Assembly (NCBI GenBank): GCA_973895155.1
Contig: OZ316895.1
Coordinates: forward strand, 458,107-522,106
Length of the DNA: 64,000 nt
Origin: Marsupella aquatica
Lineage: Eukaryota; Plantae; Marchantiophyta
Reading direction: 5' to 3'
Part shown: positions 51,401-61,298 of the stretch, in pieces
Position numbering within the stretch: position 1 is the first letter of the stretch
Layout: each line of letters opens with the position of its first letter
Program-made: the position numbers and the translations under genes
Notes under the pieces: model-generated
What the model was told of the DNA's origin: nothing
The model's database searches: none
What the model saw: only the letters and a program-made list of their open reading frames with translations

Positions 51401-52227
51401 GTTCCCGTGGCAACCATTTTGGTTCGATCCAAACCAGTGTAGAGTTCAACCAACTCTGACATCCAGTTTGCCCGATGAAAATAGTCACACTTAGTGTCTG
51501 TGGTGTTTGCCGAACAAGACTGTGAAACAAAATCCACCTTGTCCTTCTGCTTCTTAGAGGAAGATTTGTTGCTCCCATCGATGTCAACATTCCATACTTT
51601 ATTGTGGACGTCAGCCACATCCCATAGAACCCAGGAGCCCTTTGCCTCTTCAATTGTTGCAGCTCCACCATGTGCGTAAGGTAAAGTCTTACTACCATGA
51701 ATCACATCTGTGATTTTTACACTAACCCGAGACTCACCGAGTAATATGTTATGACATCTCTCCATTGGATCAGTCTTGAAAACAACTCCAAAGGCCACAC
51801 AATGGCCAGAGATAAACATTTCAACCTCATCACCTGGCCTTAGGGTGGTCGAAGCATCCTCCTGTACATTTGCAGAATTATGGATGTTGTTATCTTTTTG
51901 AGTCGAACAACTACCAATACTGATGCATTTTTGAGTAATCTTATCCGTAGATCGATATGCACATGACATATCCCAAATGACACATGAGTCAATGGCATCA
52001 TGAAGATTTTCCGCCCTAGGCATTGGAAAAGGGAGCTTCCTGGTCTCACCAAAGGCCTTCTCAATGAGAACCCCAATTCGATTCTCTCCCAGCACAATAT
52101 TTTGAACACTCTCTTGCGGATCTGTCTTTTGAACTGTCCCATTTCCAACGTCGTAACCATCCATTGTCAAGGTCACATCATCGCCCCTAGAAAACCTTTG
52201 AGACATCCTTTTCCTATTATCCTGCAC
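48445..52227 (-). CDS. DUF7869/Sola1-like DDD-type transposase (1260-codon intact frame) with three N-terminal Tnp1/En-Spm-like domains
   Basis: CCKQKCC, CRHAF..HG, KCTLC..H, IIHDKMDQAK, LQMDNSAKDNKN, FLMVGHTHEDVDALFS. The listed start is GTG overlapping an acceptor (tttttttcagtgtgcag), so an upstream exon is likely; first ATG is at ~52206. Confidence 0.85.
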   Translation of the reverse strand: MQDNRKRMSQRFSRGDDVTLTMDGYDVGNGTVQKTDPQESVQNIVLGENRIGVLIEKAFGETRKLPFPMPRAENLHDAIDSCVIWDMSCAYRSTDKITQKCISIGSCSTQKDNNIHNSANVQEDASTTLRPGDEVEMFISGHCVAFGVVFKTDPMERCHNILLGESRVSVKITDVIHGSKTLPYAHGGAATIEEAKGSWVLWDVADVHNKVWNVDIDGSNKSSSKKQKDKVDFVSQSCSANTTDTKCDYFHRANWMSELVELYTGLDRTKMVATGTITVPQVTAAVDDEILGDDHVGIAVKDVVAAQYFPNIHKGVVSLIRWRIDSTKLVANGKFLSNILVEGSERMDSMDRDELNADVSDRGVLRSRPYNFNKRNQVDPNEKKRRLLETKAISKTTEASIDDVKRENCCKQKCCLIMPRENIEDIRMEFHGMSSESKTSHIFNLFHYREDDVRDKGHHVLKGMVVCRHAFAIIHGFSHTKYYDYKRRYVEGCKIGFHGNTGLMKTRANTLHARALLEAFLTRNAEPMPHMPYGGAHGTDSIEYHLPACYKKLEILEDVRTKMKEEGLPPVTENTLYKIWSNSFANFSFHKDGAFAKCTLCCEYKDSLMRERRKKERAEIEEKRAQHLREQMSRRYVYYAHRVMAKQHLGEYLCIIHDKMDQAKTWIPKMVSTPKSLSGHGMPLPIALTGMLTHGRDPGVYAHCSVTGLWPGDADFMVTSLAKCLRDLEEYNGDKTGDMLDGLHWEPHRPFFQALLDFEAFLTGYLEPKNIPVNRYIGSEDGAESRTETVPNQQDEDDGEDMQGEQGSPSFKPLPRHLTLQMDNSAKDNKNQTVMAFCSELVSRGVFETVQMSFLMVGHTHEDVDALFSKVSYQVQHKEVATLLALMAEVWECESIHPVPRLIQEVASYKEYLQTFKVKDIQGHSKPVSFLFSMRDNVPIFQYKSHVKQAWAPVGGRCIWATDLTTNSLLLPSGEPLAKSIGEIHKKSEEIIPFLNKYLDFLRRSCTDETSIAYKERFPLVKYWERIVELLTNGLALEGEGSTQFPLENRFWPKTNHGTGYKVNQPEQSGPPSEDEENAEMTALQNEVLEEMEDQATPFVGSRAEREQGRWIPLQDICEGNFVFLRPEDDWENKNGGGHFWLVRALGLVDPKHEVPTTSSTNPSLPRQYAPMFPVEWWRPKHSSKLDVTESARYLNCFMSTKTWERDPGFGENTQHWQYANSAMYGFKSGMKEENMAGRGLKIPRNVLQTVQNYLQRMDK

Positions 52228-52264
52228 ACTGAAAAAAATGGATTAAAACCAAAGTCATGCAAAT

Positions 52265-53092
52265 TTTGATTCAGACTGTGATCCTCAAAGTCTGGATTTG
52301 GACTACGATCCTTCAATTCCGGATTTGGACCGGGACCATCCAAGTCCGGATTTGGACTACGATCCTCTGATTCTGGATTTGGACTAGGACCATCCGAGTC
52401 CGGATTTTGACCGGGACCATCCAAGTCCGGATTTGGACTGCAATCCTCCGAGTCTAGATTTGGACTACGATCCTCCGATTATGGATTTGGACTGGGACCA
52501 TCCGAGTCCGGATTTGGACTGGAATCCTCCGAGTCTGGATTTGGAGTACGATCCTTTGATTCTGGATTTGGACTGGGACCATCCGAGTCTGGATTTGGAC
52601 TGGGACCATCCCAGTCCAAAGTTGGACTAGGACCATCCCAATCCAAACTTGGACTCGGACCATCCCAATCCAAACTAGGACTTGGACCATCCAAGTCCAA
52701 ACTTGGACTCGGACCATCCCAATCCAAAGTTGGACTCGCACCATCCTAATCCAAACTTGGACTCGGACCATCCCAATCCAAACTAGAACTTGGACCATCC
52801 AAGTCCAAACTTGGACTCGGACCATCCCAATCCAAAGTTGGACTTGAACCATCCTAATCCAAACTTGGACTCGGACCATCCCAATCCAAACTAGGACTTG
52901 GACCATCCAAGTCCAAACTTGGACTCGGACCATCCCAATCCAAACTAGGACTTGGACCATCCAAGTTTAAACTTGGACTCGGACCATCCCAATCCAAAGT
53001 TGGACTCGGATGATCCCAATCCAAAGTTGGACTCGGATGATCCTAGTCCACATCCGAATCCAAACTTGGACTAGGACCATCCTAGACCAACC
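52265..53092. repeat. Minisatellite of ~27-bp (some 21-bp) palindrome-like units TTGGACTCGGACCATCCCAATCCAAAC
   Basis: About 30 units seen directly; TTGGA...TCCAA self-complementary ends; lies 5' of the transposase exon (probable intron). Confidence 0.92.
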
Positions 53093-53769
53093 CATAATGT
53101 AACGGGAGATAAACTTCAAACATTTTAAGCTAAGAAAATTCCAAATTTAGGAAGACTCCGTATTTTACGGATCTCCCTATATGGTGTAGCCTAAAGTTTG
53201 CGTGGTCTTAAGGTAGACCCTAATGTCTACATACAGTTTCATGAAATAATGAAACCTAGCCTTATATTTGAATGCATTAACCTTATACTCACCTTAGTAT
53301 TAAGATCTGGTAGAATATGAATATCACATCCAAGGGGGATACATTGTTGTCTGTAGATTGGTAAAAACTTTCCCAGAACCCTGAAATACAAGCTATATGC
53401 CACTAAATCTTGGGAGTAAAAAACAAACTGAACCCTAAACCACACATGTCTGTAAAAGATAAACTGAGAGGACCCCAAAAGTCAAGAAGCTGGCTAAGCT
53501 GACCCATTGAAGGTAAGTGGCTCAATACATAACACTTTAAGAGAAACTCCGGATTACATGGAGCTTAGATTTGGGAAACTAGAACAAGAATGAGCTCCGA
53601 AGTGGGCGTCTCCCGAAATATACCCTTTGCTCGAGTCGGCTCAAACGGAAATCGCGTGAAGATAAGGGTTGAGTACCCCTTCACCTTAGCTTGCGGCACA
53701 CCTTATATTCACGAGCTTAATTGCGCGGGGACTACCGTGCAAGGCTGTTAGGTAGGCAGGACATCAAGG

Positions 53770-54150
53770 AAGGAGGCCCGTATGCAGGGTGCGGGCAACG
53801 GGCCGTACGCAGGAGCAGGCCGTACGCACTATCAAGCCGTACGTAGGAGAAGGAGGCAACCGGCCGTACGCAGGCCGGGGTGAGGCAGGAGGGGGTAAAG
53901 GGACGGAGAGGTCCAGCCAGGACCTCATTCTCATTCTCACTCTTTCGCTCCTCACTCTGCTCACGCTCTCCACTCTCTGCCTCCGCTCTCTGCTCTTTGC
54001 CTCCACTCGCTCGCTCTCCTCGCTCTTTGCTCTCCGCTCTCTCTCCGCCTCCCCGCCTCCGCCTGCTTCCGCCTCCACCTCCATTCTTTTTCATTGCCCT
54101 AAATCGGACGCCTGCTAAGAAGCCACGTGTCACTCTGCCACGTGTCAAAA
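53770..54150. promoter_or_regulatory. Putative bidirectional promoter/5'UTR of the element: CCGTACG repeats, CT-rich tract, two GCCACGTGTC G-box/ABRE-like sites
   Basis: GC/CpG-rich island between divergent genes; ccgtacg x4 plus ccgtatg; gccacgtgtca at ~54122 and ~54137. Confidence 0.5.
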
Positions 54151-54152
54151 AG

Positions 54153-57100
54153 ATGGAAGCAAATCGCGTCCTTGTGAAGTCCTCCGTGGAAGCAACAGAG
54201 GCGTTTGACCTCTCCTCTATGAGCGACAGTGTAGAACTGGCACTTGAAGACTCCAGACAATTTCAATCAAGAATCCCTAGTAAGTATCCATCACCTATCC
54301 TCCCTAAGTCTTAGAGGACTGGGACCATCCGAGTCCAAAGTTGGACTCGGATGATCCCAATCCAAACTTGGACTCGGACCATCCCAATCCGAACTTGGAC
54401 TCAGATGATCCTAATCCAAACATGGACTCGGATGATCCCAATCCAAAGTTGGACTCGGATGATCCCAGTCCAAAGTTGGACTCGGACCATCCCAATCCGA
54501 ACTTGGACTCAGATGATCCTAATTCAAACGTGGACTCGGATGATCCCAATCCAAACTTGGACTCGGATGATCCTAATCCATCCAGGAGATTGAATCTCGA
54601 TTGTAGGAGCAAGTCTAAAACCATCTCAAGTTGGACTAGGACCATCCTAATCCAACAAGAGTTATTCAAATGTTTTAAACTTAATAAGTCTAACATGGAT
54701 GACGTTTTTAATTATGATGCAGGGAGCGATCTTGTTGGTTTCAAACCCGCGATTGCACCGACCGACTGCCGGGACGGATTCTTACTAGATGAGAGATCCC
54801 CAGGCTTCCGATGGGGGCTTGAGTTCTCAAGAACTCCGCTTAATAATGAAGTGCCATCAAGCACGATTGAACCTGTTTTGACCTTAAAGTGCAGAGCAAA
54901 TGATAGCCTGACTTTGGTTTGCGGACCTGTGGTCTCTGTTGGCATTGGAGGGAGAGGGATGAATTCGGTCATTCTGGAGATGCACGATAGGTCATGCTGG
55001 GTTAAAGTTAACCTTATGTCAAAGGCATACTCCTCAGAATTCAATGTCGAATGGCACGCAAGTGGTGAATTGAGCGTTTTGTCAATGGGATTTTTTCCAA
55101 AGACATATGACACAAAGAAGTTGGTCATCGGGGTAACTGGTATGCTTCCAGTCGACATTATGTATGGGTTTCAATATTTGAAACTCAACATGATGAAGCA
55201 CCAAGGCAATTTCTCTTTTGCAACTACTTGGATGTTAAGCAATTTACTTGAGAAAGTTGGATTGTTATCGTTGGAGTCAGAGGAGCCTGGTGTTTTAATT
55301 GATAAGGATGTTGCATTTGATCCCAACTTTGATTTAGTCAAAGCAAAGCAATGGATAGAATCTTTGTCAAAGACGAGAAACCTTCCAACGGTGAATACAA
55401 ACCCTGTGCCCGAGAAGGCGCCAGAGAAAGCTCCAGAACCTACAACAGAGACCGCGGGAACTACAGCAGCAACCTCTCAAAGAGCAGTGGGAAAACAAAA
55501 ACAAAGCCAAAGGAAACCTCCGGTTGAAAAGAAACTTCCAGTTGAGAAGCCGGTTGAGAAGCCGAGTACGAGAAGCCGAGTTCAGAAGCCAGTTGAGAAG
55601 CCGAGTACGAGAAGCCAAGTTGAGAAGCCAGTTGAGAAGAAACGTTCGGTTGAGAAGCCAAGTGCAAGTGAAAAGAGGCCAAGACAAAAGAAGAAACAGA
55701 AAATTGACAGTGCCATCATGGATGACACTACAGAAAACCTGACAGTGCATTCACAAGATATGGACGAGCAGTTGGACGCTCCTGAGGAGAAGAAGGTCTT
55801 AGAAGGTAATGAGGTACTGCAACAAATGGAGCAATATTATACGTTTGGGATCAATTCGATATTTTCTATTCCCGTAGAGAGTATTTTCCCTGCGTCGGCA
55901 AGACTCTGTTACAGAATGTTGAATGCAGACCATGTAAAGGAGGTGGCCAATTCCATGATAAGAAATCCGGGGCATGAACCACACATAGCAGACTTGATTC
56001 CTTACACTACAAAACATAGAAACCTAATGCAATATGACAACACGGAATCAGATAGGAGGGACTTTGTAGCAGCCGTGAAAAAGGGGGAGGTTCAATTCCT
56101 TGCCATTAGCGGTCAACATTCGGCCAGAGCAGCTAGATGGATTCGAGAATGGGCAAACAAGGATGCCAAGCTAACAGCATTGGCAAAAAAGCTGGAATTT
56201 CGAAAGTCAAGAATATTATCTCATCGAACACCATCGTCAATATTAGTTGAGCATTCAATGCGATCTAATGCTATCAATAGCACGATGGTGTTTCAGTCAT
56301 GCTTCAAAGATATAGTCGTTCATGCTAGGCGGCAATTTGTGGAATGTGGAAAACCTAGCCGGCCAAAACATGGGGACAACAAAACAAACGCTCAAGACAA
56401 TCAAAAATTTCAGGTACGAAGTGTTACTGCTTGATTGGTACAATACCGTAGACTCTCCATGTGTGATTACAATTGAGATGGTAGTCTTTGACCACAAAGC
56501 TTCAAGTTTGCTTTGGATTGAGATGGTCCGAGTCCAAATGGATACATTCACATTCAGTAGAATATTTCCACTGATATCGTCTAGTTTTGTGTTGGACTGG
56601 GATGGTCCCAGTCCAAATGGATTCATGCACATTCAATAGACTATTTCCACTGATATTGTCTAGTTTTGTGTTGGACTGGGATGGTCCCAGTCCAAATGGA
56701 TTCATGCACATTCAGTAGAATATTTCTCCACTGATACCGTCTAGTTTTGTTTTGGATTGGGATGGTCCTAGTCCAAACTAAATCATGCACATTCAATAGA
56801 ATATTTCCACTGATACTGTCTAGTTCTGTGTTGGACTGGGATGGTCTCAGTCCGCACCTGAGTGCTTTCAAACAATTGAGTTATGGAGAACTAACAGACT
56901 TTCCTTTGCAATTGTAGGATTGGTTGGCTCTTGCAAGAATGACCATGGGAAGGAAAGATTGTCGTAATGTCTACTGGTTACTATTTGCCGACAATGCTCT
57001 TTTTGATTTATGGAGTTTGGTATGCCAATTGTGGTTGGATGGGAAACTTCCCGATGGAGCTGGTGTAGAAGGAAATGCGAAGTCTGAAAAAGCAATTACT

Positions 57101-58411
57101 GTTGCCATGTTTCATTGTTTTGATGGTGAGTTGATCTCACAACGAGACATCACAAGAATACTGACGCGGGTGAAGTCAGGAAAGGTATTGCTAAAGAAAG
57201 ATGCCTCTAATAAATCAGACATGCCATCTATAGAGGAGTTGGCCAAAGATGTGAAGATCGTGCGGAAACTCAAGTCCCTTATTGAAGACTACTATTGCAC
57301 CAAGGATGCGGTGAATTTCCCGACAAATACTAATTGGGGGAAAGTAGTTGAGGTTCTTCCTACGCTAGCAATTGATTCAGAGTTCACCAGGTGTCGAAGA
57401 GCCGCTGGCGAGGTCTATCTTGCCAACCTTTTAAAGCCAAATCATACGCGGGAGAGCGCAATCTTGCCAACGGCATTGGTATTCCGCCTAGATGATATAT
57501 ACTGCCAGAGATTTGGCGGAGGATCACGTTCTCGGACCCTACCATGGGTTACATTTTTTAGCGACAATCTCATGAAGACCATTGATCCAGAGTCATTGCA
57601 AGAAGCTCCTCCGACCTGCCCTCTTGCCATTGTTAATTTTAGCCGGCTTCCGCAAAAACAGTGGACTGAAGCAGAGATTCTTGTTCTCTTTGAATACATT
57701 GTGGAGCTTCCACAAAATCCCACGATTGTGGTGACGATAACAGTTCATCCTGGACAACTTGCACTGAATGTCCATGGTGCCCTTCGTAAATTGGGACAAG
57801 AGAAAGCTTTGACCATTCACATTGAGTATGGGAGTTATTCCCGAGATGATCAACCGCACCCTCATGACTCATGTTGGGGTGGAGGGATTGAAGAAGTTAT
57901 CTTTGCAGGGATTTCTCGAGATGAAGACGTCAATTGGAATGAAGTTTTCAAGCCCAACTATCCAAAGCCAAAATTCTTGTATACTTCAAAGGATGTTGAT
58001 TATGAAGTATGCAAGATCGACAAGGGAAAGGGGAAAGCTAAGGAATCAGATGAGGGGACACAAAACGACAACCTAAAAGTGGTTTTGGACCCGGAAGAGG
58101 CCGTCAAGATTATGAATATGGCCCCTCAATTTGAGACAGTTGGTAGTCGCGGAGGATGGGTTAATCCTCATGCCAAACCCACACGGATGATCCGAAGGAT
58201 TATTGAATCCTTATCAGAACCGGGAGATTTGGTTCTAGATTTTTTCTCCGGTGGCCAAGTCATGAAGACATCATTTTTTTGCGATAGGGAATGCTTTGTT
58301 TATTGTGACTCTCAGTCCGAGAGGCATTTTGTGGAAGCTTTTGCTTCCTACCTTTGCGAGAGAGTTCCCTCACTTAAAGCCCATTGTGAATCACTTGCTG
58401 AAAATTCTTGA
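54153..58411 (+). CDS. Spliced ParB/Srx-like + beta-class (N4C/N6A) DNA methyltransferase-like fusion protein (~1103 aa)
   Basis: Predicted exons 54153-54279, 54723-56413, 56918-58411; both GT-AG introns have CTAAC branch sites and preserve the frame. ParB-like R-x-LNADHVKEVANSM..FLAISGQHSARA; MTase-like NPHAKPTRMIRRIIESLSEPGDLVLDFFSGG; no clear DPPY/SPPY motif. Confidence 0.75.
54317..54580. repeat. Second array (~10 units) of the 27-bp TTGGACTCGGA(T/C)(G/C)ATCCCAATCCAAA motif, in predicted intron 1
   Basis: Seen directly; gives the spurious LDSDDPNPN translation. Confidence 0.9.
56558..56853. repeat. Four ~79-bp tandem units in intron 2, each carrying a TTGGACTGGGA-TGG-TCCCAGTCCAA-type hairpin
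   Basis: Units start at ~56558, 56637, 56716 and 56797; perfect 11-bp stem in the first two. Confidence 0.9.
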
Positions 58412-59284
58412 CAATGGGCTACCACTATTGCGGCTGTCGCTGTTGAATCCGACGGTTCTGAGTCTGAAGATGTTGCTGACAAAGTTGCTAAAGGCGTAGA
58501 GGCATCAGAGGAGGCATATGTCAAGAATTTGGATGACCGTGTTGGTCAAGGTGAGCCTTACGATGTAGATGATGATATTGGACTTGCACCAAACCGTTCA
58601 TCTGGTTTAGATGACATCCCTCCGGGGCCCAATGAAGTTCAAGTTGATGATAACTTGGACAAGGATGATCCCAATCCAACAACGCCGGGAGGACAGATGG
58701 AGCAACTGGAAGGAGCAAGGGTTGATATGTTTGATCATCTTTCTTCAACCAATCTGATCAACGAAGGCGCAACGAGGCTTGGAGATTCAAATGAAGCTGA
58801 AACTAACGAATTGACTCGTGGGGAAGCCGGCGGATTGCCTGACATTCCCATCAATCCAGGAGGAAATGCATCAACGGCTGCTGACAACCAGGCAGGTGCT
58901 TCAACTTGCCCTGACACACTCTTTTCAGCTTCTGATGACAAATTGGTGTTCGCTCGTTCACACTCGAGGAGTCCTGTTGTCCTTCCGTTCTCAAAAAAGA
59001 AAGGGAATAGAGTTGGATCAACTGGATGGAGGTCATTGGAACGCGACGCACGATGTTACGTGTGGAAAAGTGGGCCAAATCGAGGCCAAGAAATATCATT
59101 GGAAGCTGCTCCTTCAATTCTCAATAAGGAGGAGTATAAGAGGGGAGAATTGGGGTTCATAACTCCTATTTGGACTTCTCCTTATTGGGTAGAACAAAGT
59201 ACTTCAGATGTCAATTTTGAAATCCAACAGGAGCTTGGTGCTGACATGATTATTGATGAATACGGATCTCTTATTTCAGAATGA
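58412..59284 (+). other. In-frame acidic, low-complexity continuation of the ParB-MTase-like frame beyond a single TGA
   Basis: The 39 sense codons after TGA(58409-58411) join ORF 58529-59284 in frame. Confidence 0.6.
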
Positions 59285-59501
59285 AATTCAGCCTTTGACT
59301 TTCTATTTATTCATATCAATCTAAAATACTTCTCGGTCTCACAGAATGGGCTCACCAATTAAAGTCTCCATATCCGTCTACACATTGTGAGGCTTCTAAA
59401 AACGGTATGTAGGTTAATTTTCGTTTTTGTCAGCCATTGTGTTGTATTTTTGGACTGAGACAATCCTAATCCAAAGTTCACTTTTGGTCTTTTCTCTGAG
59501 A

Positions 59502-60560
59502 ATGGTGTTTGGTGCACTTGCAGAATCGAGACCTGGTCCCGTCAAGCGGAAGTTGCTGATTTTGGACCTTAATAAAATACTTTGGGATTCTATTGAATTC
59601 CAAAGCAAGGGCACATCCAGGAATATTGTCACCTCAAGTGGAGTGCATTGGGATAGAAAAAATGGTATTAGTCGCATGTATACAGAACGACCAGGGCTCC
59701 ATGAGTTTCTAAAGTTGGTTTTTGACAGATTTGACGTTGCAATTTGGACTTGTGCTGGGGTAGAACGAACAGTGAAAATGCTGAACATGATGTTCACTGT
59801 TGAGGAGCGGTTGAAACTTAAGTTTGTATTCACACAGGTGGAAGCCTTTGACACAGGCATTCAAAGGCGTGACATTACAAACGGAAAGGCAAATGTGCTA
59901 CTGAAGGATTTTCAGGTGGTATGGAATGCATTTGGAAATCTATATGATGAAACCAACACCCTCCTTGTGGATGACTCCCCCCTTAAGGCATTTGCCAACC
60001 CAGACATGACCAGATTATTTCCAGTGCCCTACACGCATGCCAATCGTGGAGATAATTTTCTTCTAGCAATTCTTTGGCCATGTCTTGAGAAACTATCACA
60101 TGCAAGTGACATTCGATGTTATCTTCTTCTCAACTCTCCAAAGTGGTCTCTTTTGCACATGAAGAGAGACAAGGCAAAAAATGAGATTACTTATGATCAA
60201 CTTAGCAAGAGATTTGCAGCAAAAATTTGGAAGTCACAGTTTACACATAGTGTGTTGGACCTCAACAGTAATGAGATCCCTTGGAATGTAAAGCACCGTA
60301 TATGTAGTTTACGTCCTGAGGTGGAACTTGACAATGCACTTGTCAACTCACTTGCTAAATCATTTTTAGGAAAGGACTATTCAGGTCCATATAGAGAAAA
60401 TCCCAGACACTTTTTGCGGGAGATTATAGCCATTAGGAACAACACCACCAGATTTCAACTCCCTGAAAATAAAGGGAGTTGCAACCGTGACAATAGGGTA
60501 GATAGGAAAGGAGACAGGGGCACATGCTCAAATACACATTGTAGGGAGCACTTGGTTTAG
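59502..60560 (+). CDS. FCP1/SCP (NIF) family HAD phosphatase-like protein
   Basis: KRKLLILDLNKIL (DLN variant of DxD), RPGLHEFL, VAIWT, LKDF..VW, NTLLVDDSPLK; first ATG at 59502. Confidence 0.88.
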   Translation: MVFGALAESRPGPVKRKLLILDLNKILWDSIEFQSKGTSRNIVTSSGVHWDRKNGISRMYTERPGLHEFLKLVFDRFDVAIWTCAGVERTVKMLNMMFTVEERLKLKFVFTQVEAFDTGIQRRDITNGKANVLLKDFQVVWNAFGNLYDETNTLLVDDSPLKAFANPDMTRLFPVPYTHANRGDNFLLAILWPCLEKLSHASDIRCYLLLNSPKWSLLHMKRDKAKNEITYDQLSKRFAAKIWKSQFTHSVLDLNSNEIPWNVKHRICSLRPEVELDNALVNSLAKSFLGKDYSGPYRENPRHFLREIIAIRNNTTRFQLPENKGSCNRDNRVDRKGDRGTCSNTHCREHLV

Positions 60561-60811
60561 ATATTTAATTGACTTGTGTTAAGCCCCTTGGATAGTACTA
60601 GAAATATGTTCGTATTCAATGTAAATTTGCAGATAATTGTATAAAGATATTTTATAATCTATTTGGAATGATGTTATTTTGTTCACAGAATATCTGGTCC
60701 TTAAATGGGGATGAAATAACTTTATAAGTTTTTATCCTCCATTTCTATGTGAGTTATTAAATAATATAACATGTATTATTTATTAATATAATATTAATGT
60801 GATTTGGCCTA

Positions 60812-60891
60812 TAAAGTGTACATTTAGAGACACAAAAGTGTACATTTGGGTGTCTTGAAGTGTACATTTGGGGCCATGAAAGTGTACATTT
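60812..60891. repeat. Right subterminal array of AAGTGTACATTT motifs (4 copies)
   Basis: Seen directly. Confidence 0.88.
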
Positions 60892-61279
60892 CAAGACTCA
60901 TTTGTGAACAAAAGAAAATACACTTTTAATGAATAGGTTGATATAAGCAACTACCGCAATGCATATGTTAGAAGCATTTTATTTGATATTTGCAGTGGAC
61001 AACTACACACGGTAGTTTCATGCACTTATCTAGGTGAATCATGCACTATGAGGGTACACACGTAATTTCATGCACTTACCCAGATGAATCATGCACTATG
61101 AGGGTTTGGGGAATGAGGAGTTTAATGTGCACGACCTCACAAGACATATGCAGACGTGCAGAACCCATCTCACATGCACTCATTGGAAAGTACAACTTGC
61201 ACATATGGATAAGTGCATGAAAGACATCTCATGCACTTATGAGATACTAGTGCATAAGTTGGATAAGTACAGGTTTGGG

Positions 61280-61298
61280 GTGTCTTCCCGGGAGACAC
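61280..61298. other. GC-rich near-perfect palindrome GTGTCTTCCCGGGAGACAC at the putative right terminus
   Basis: Self-complementary except for one extra T; overlaps CACGATAG. Confidence 0.7.

Noticed and set aside
52173-52960. ORFs with DWDGPSP / MVRVQVW repeats
   Set aside because: Translations of the 27-bp minisatellite (unit length is a multiple of 3); probably intronic.
53732-54148. E/R-rich and antisense ORFs in the GC-rich region
   Set aside because: By-products of the CT-rich tract; no domain features.
54341-54722. LDSDDPNPN-repeat N-terminus of the 697-aa ORF
   Set aside because: Starts at TTG and lies within a frame-compatible GT-AG intron (54280-54722); treated as non-coding, though intron retention is not excluded.
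56558-56853. CRISPR-like appearance (palindromic repeats at regular spacing)
   Set aside because: The inter-hairpin segments are near-identical rather than unique spacers; no cas genes; eukaryotic intron.
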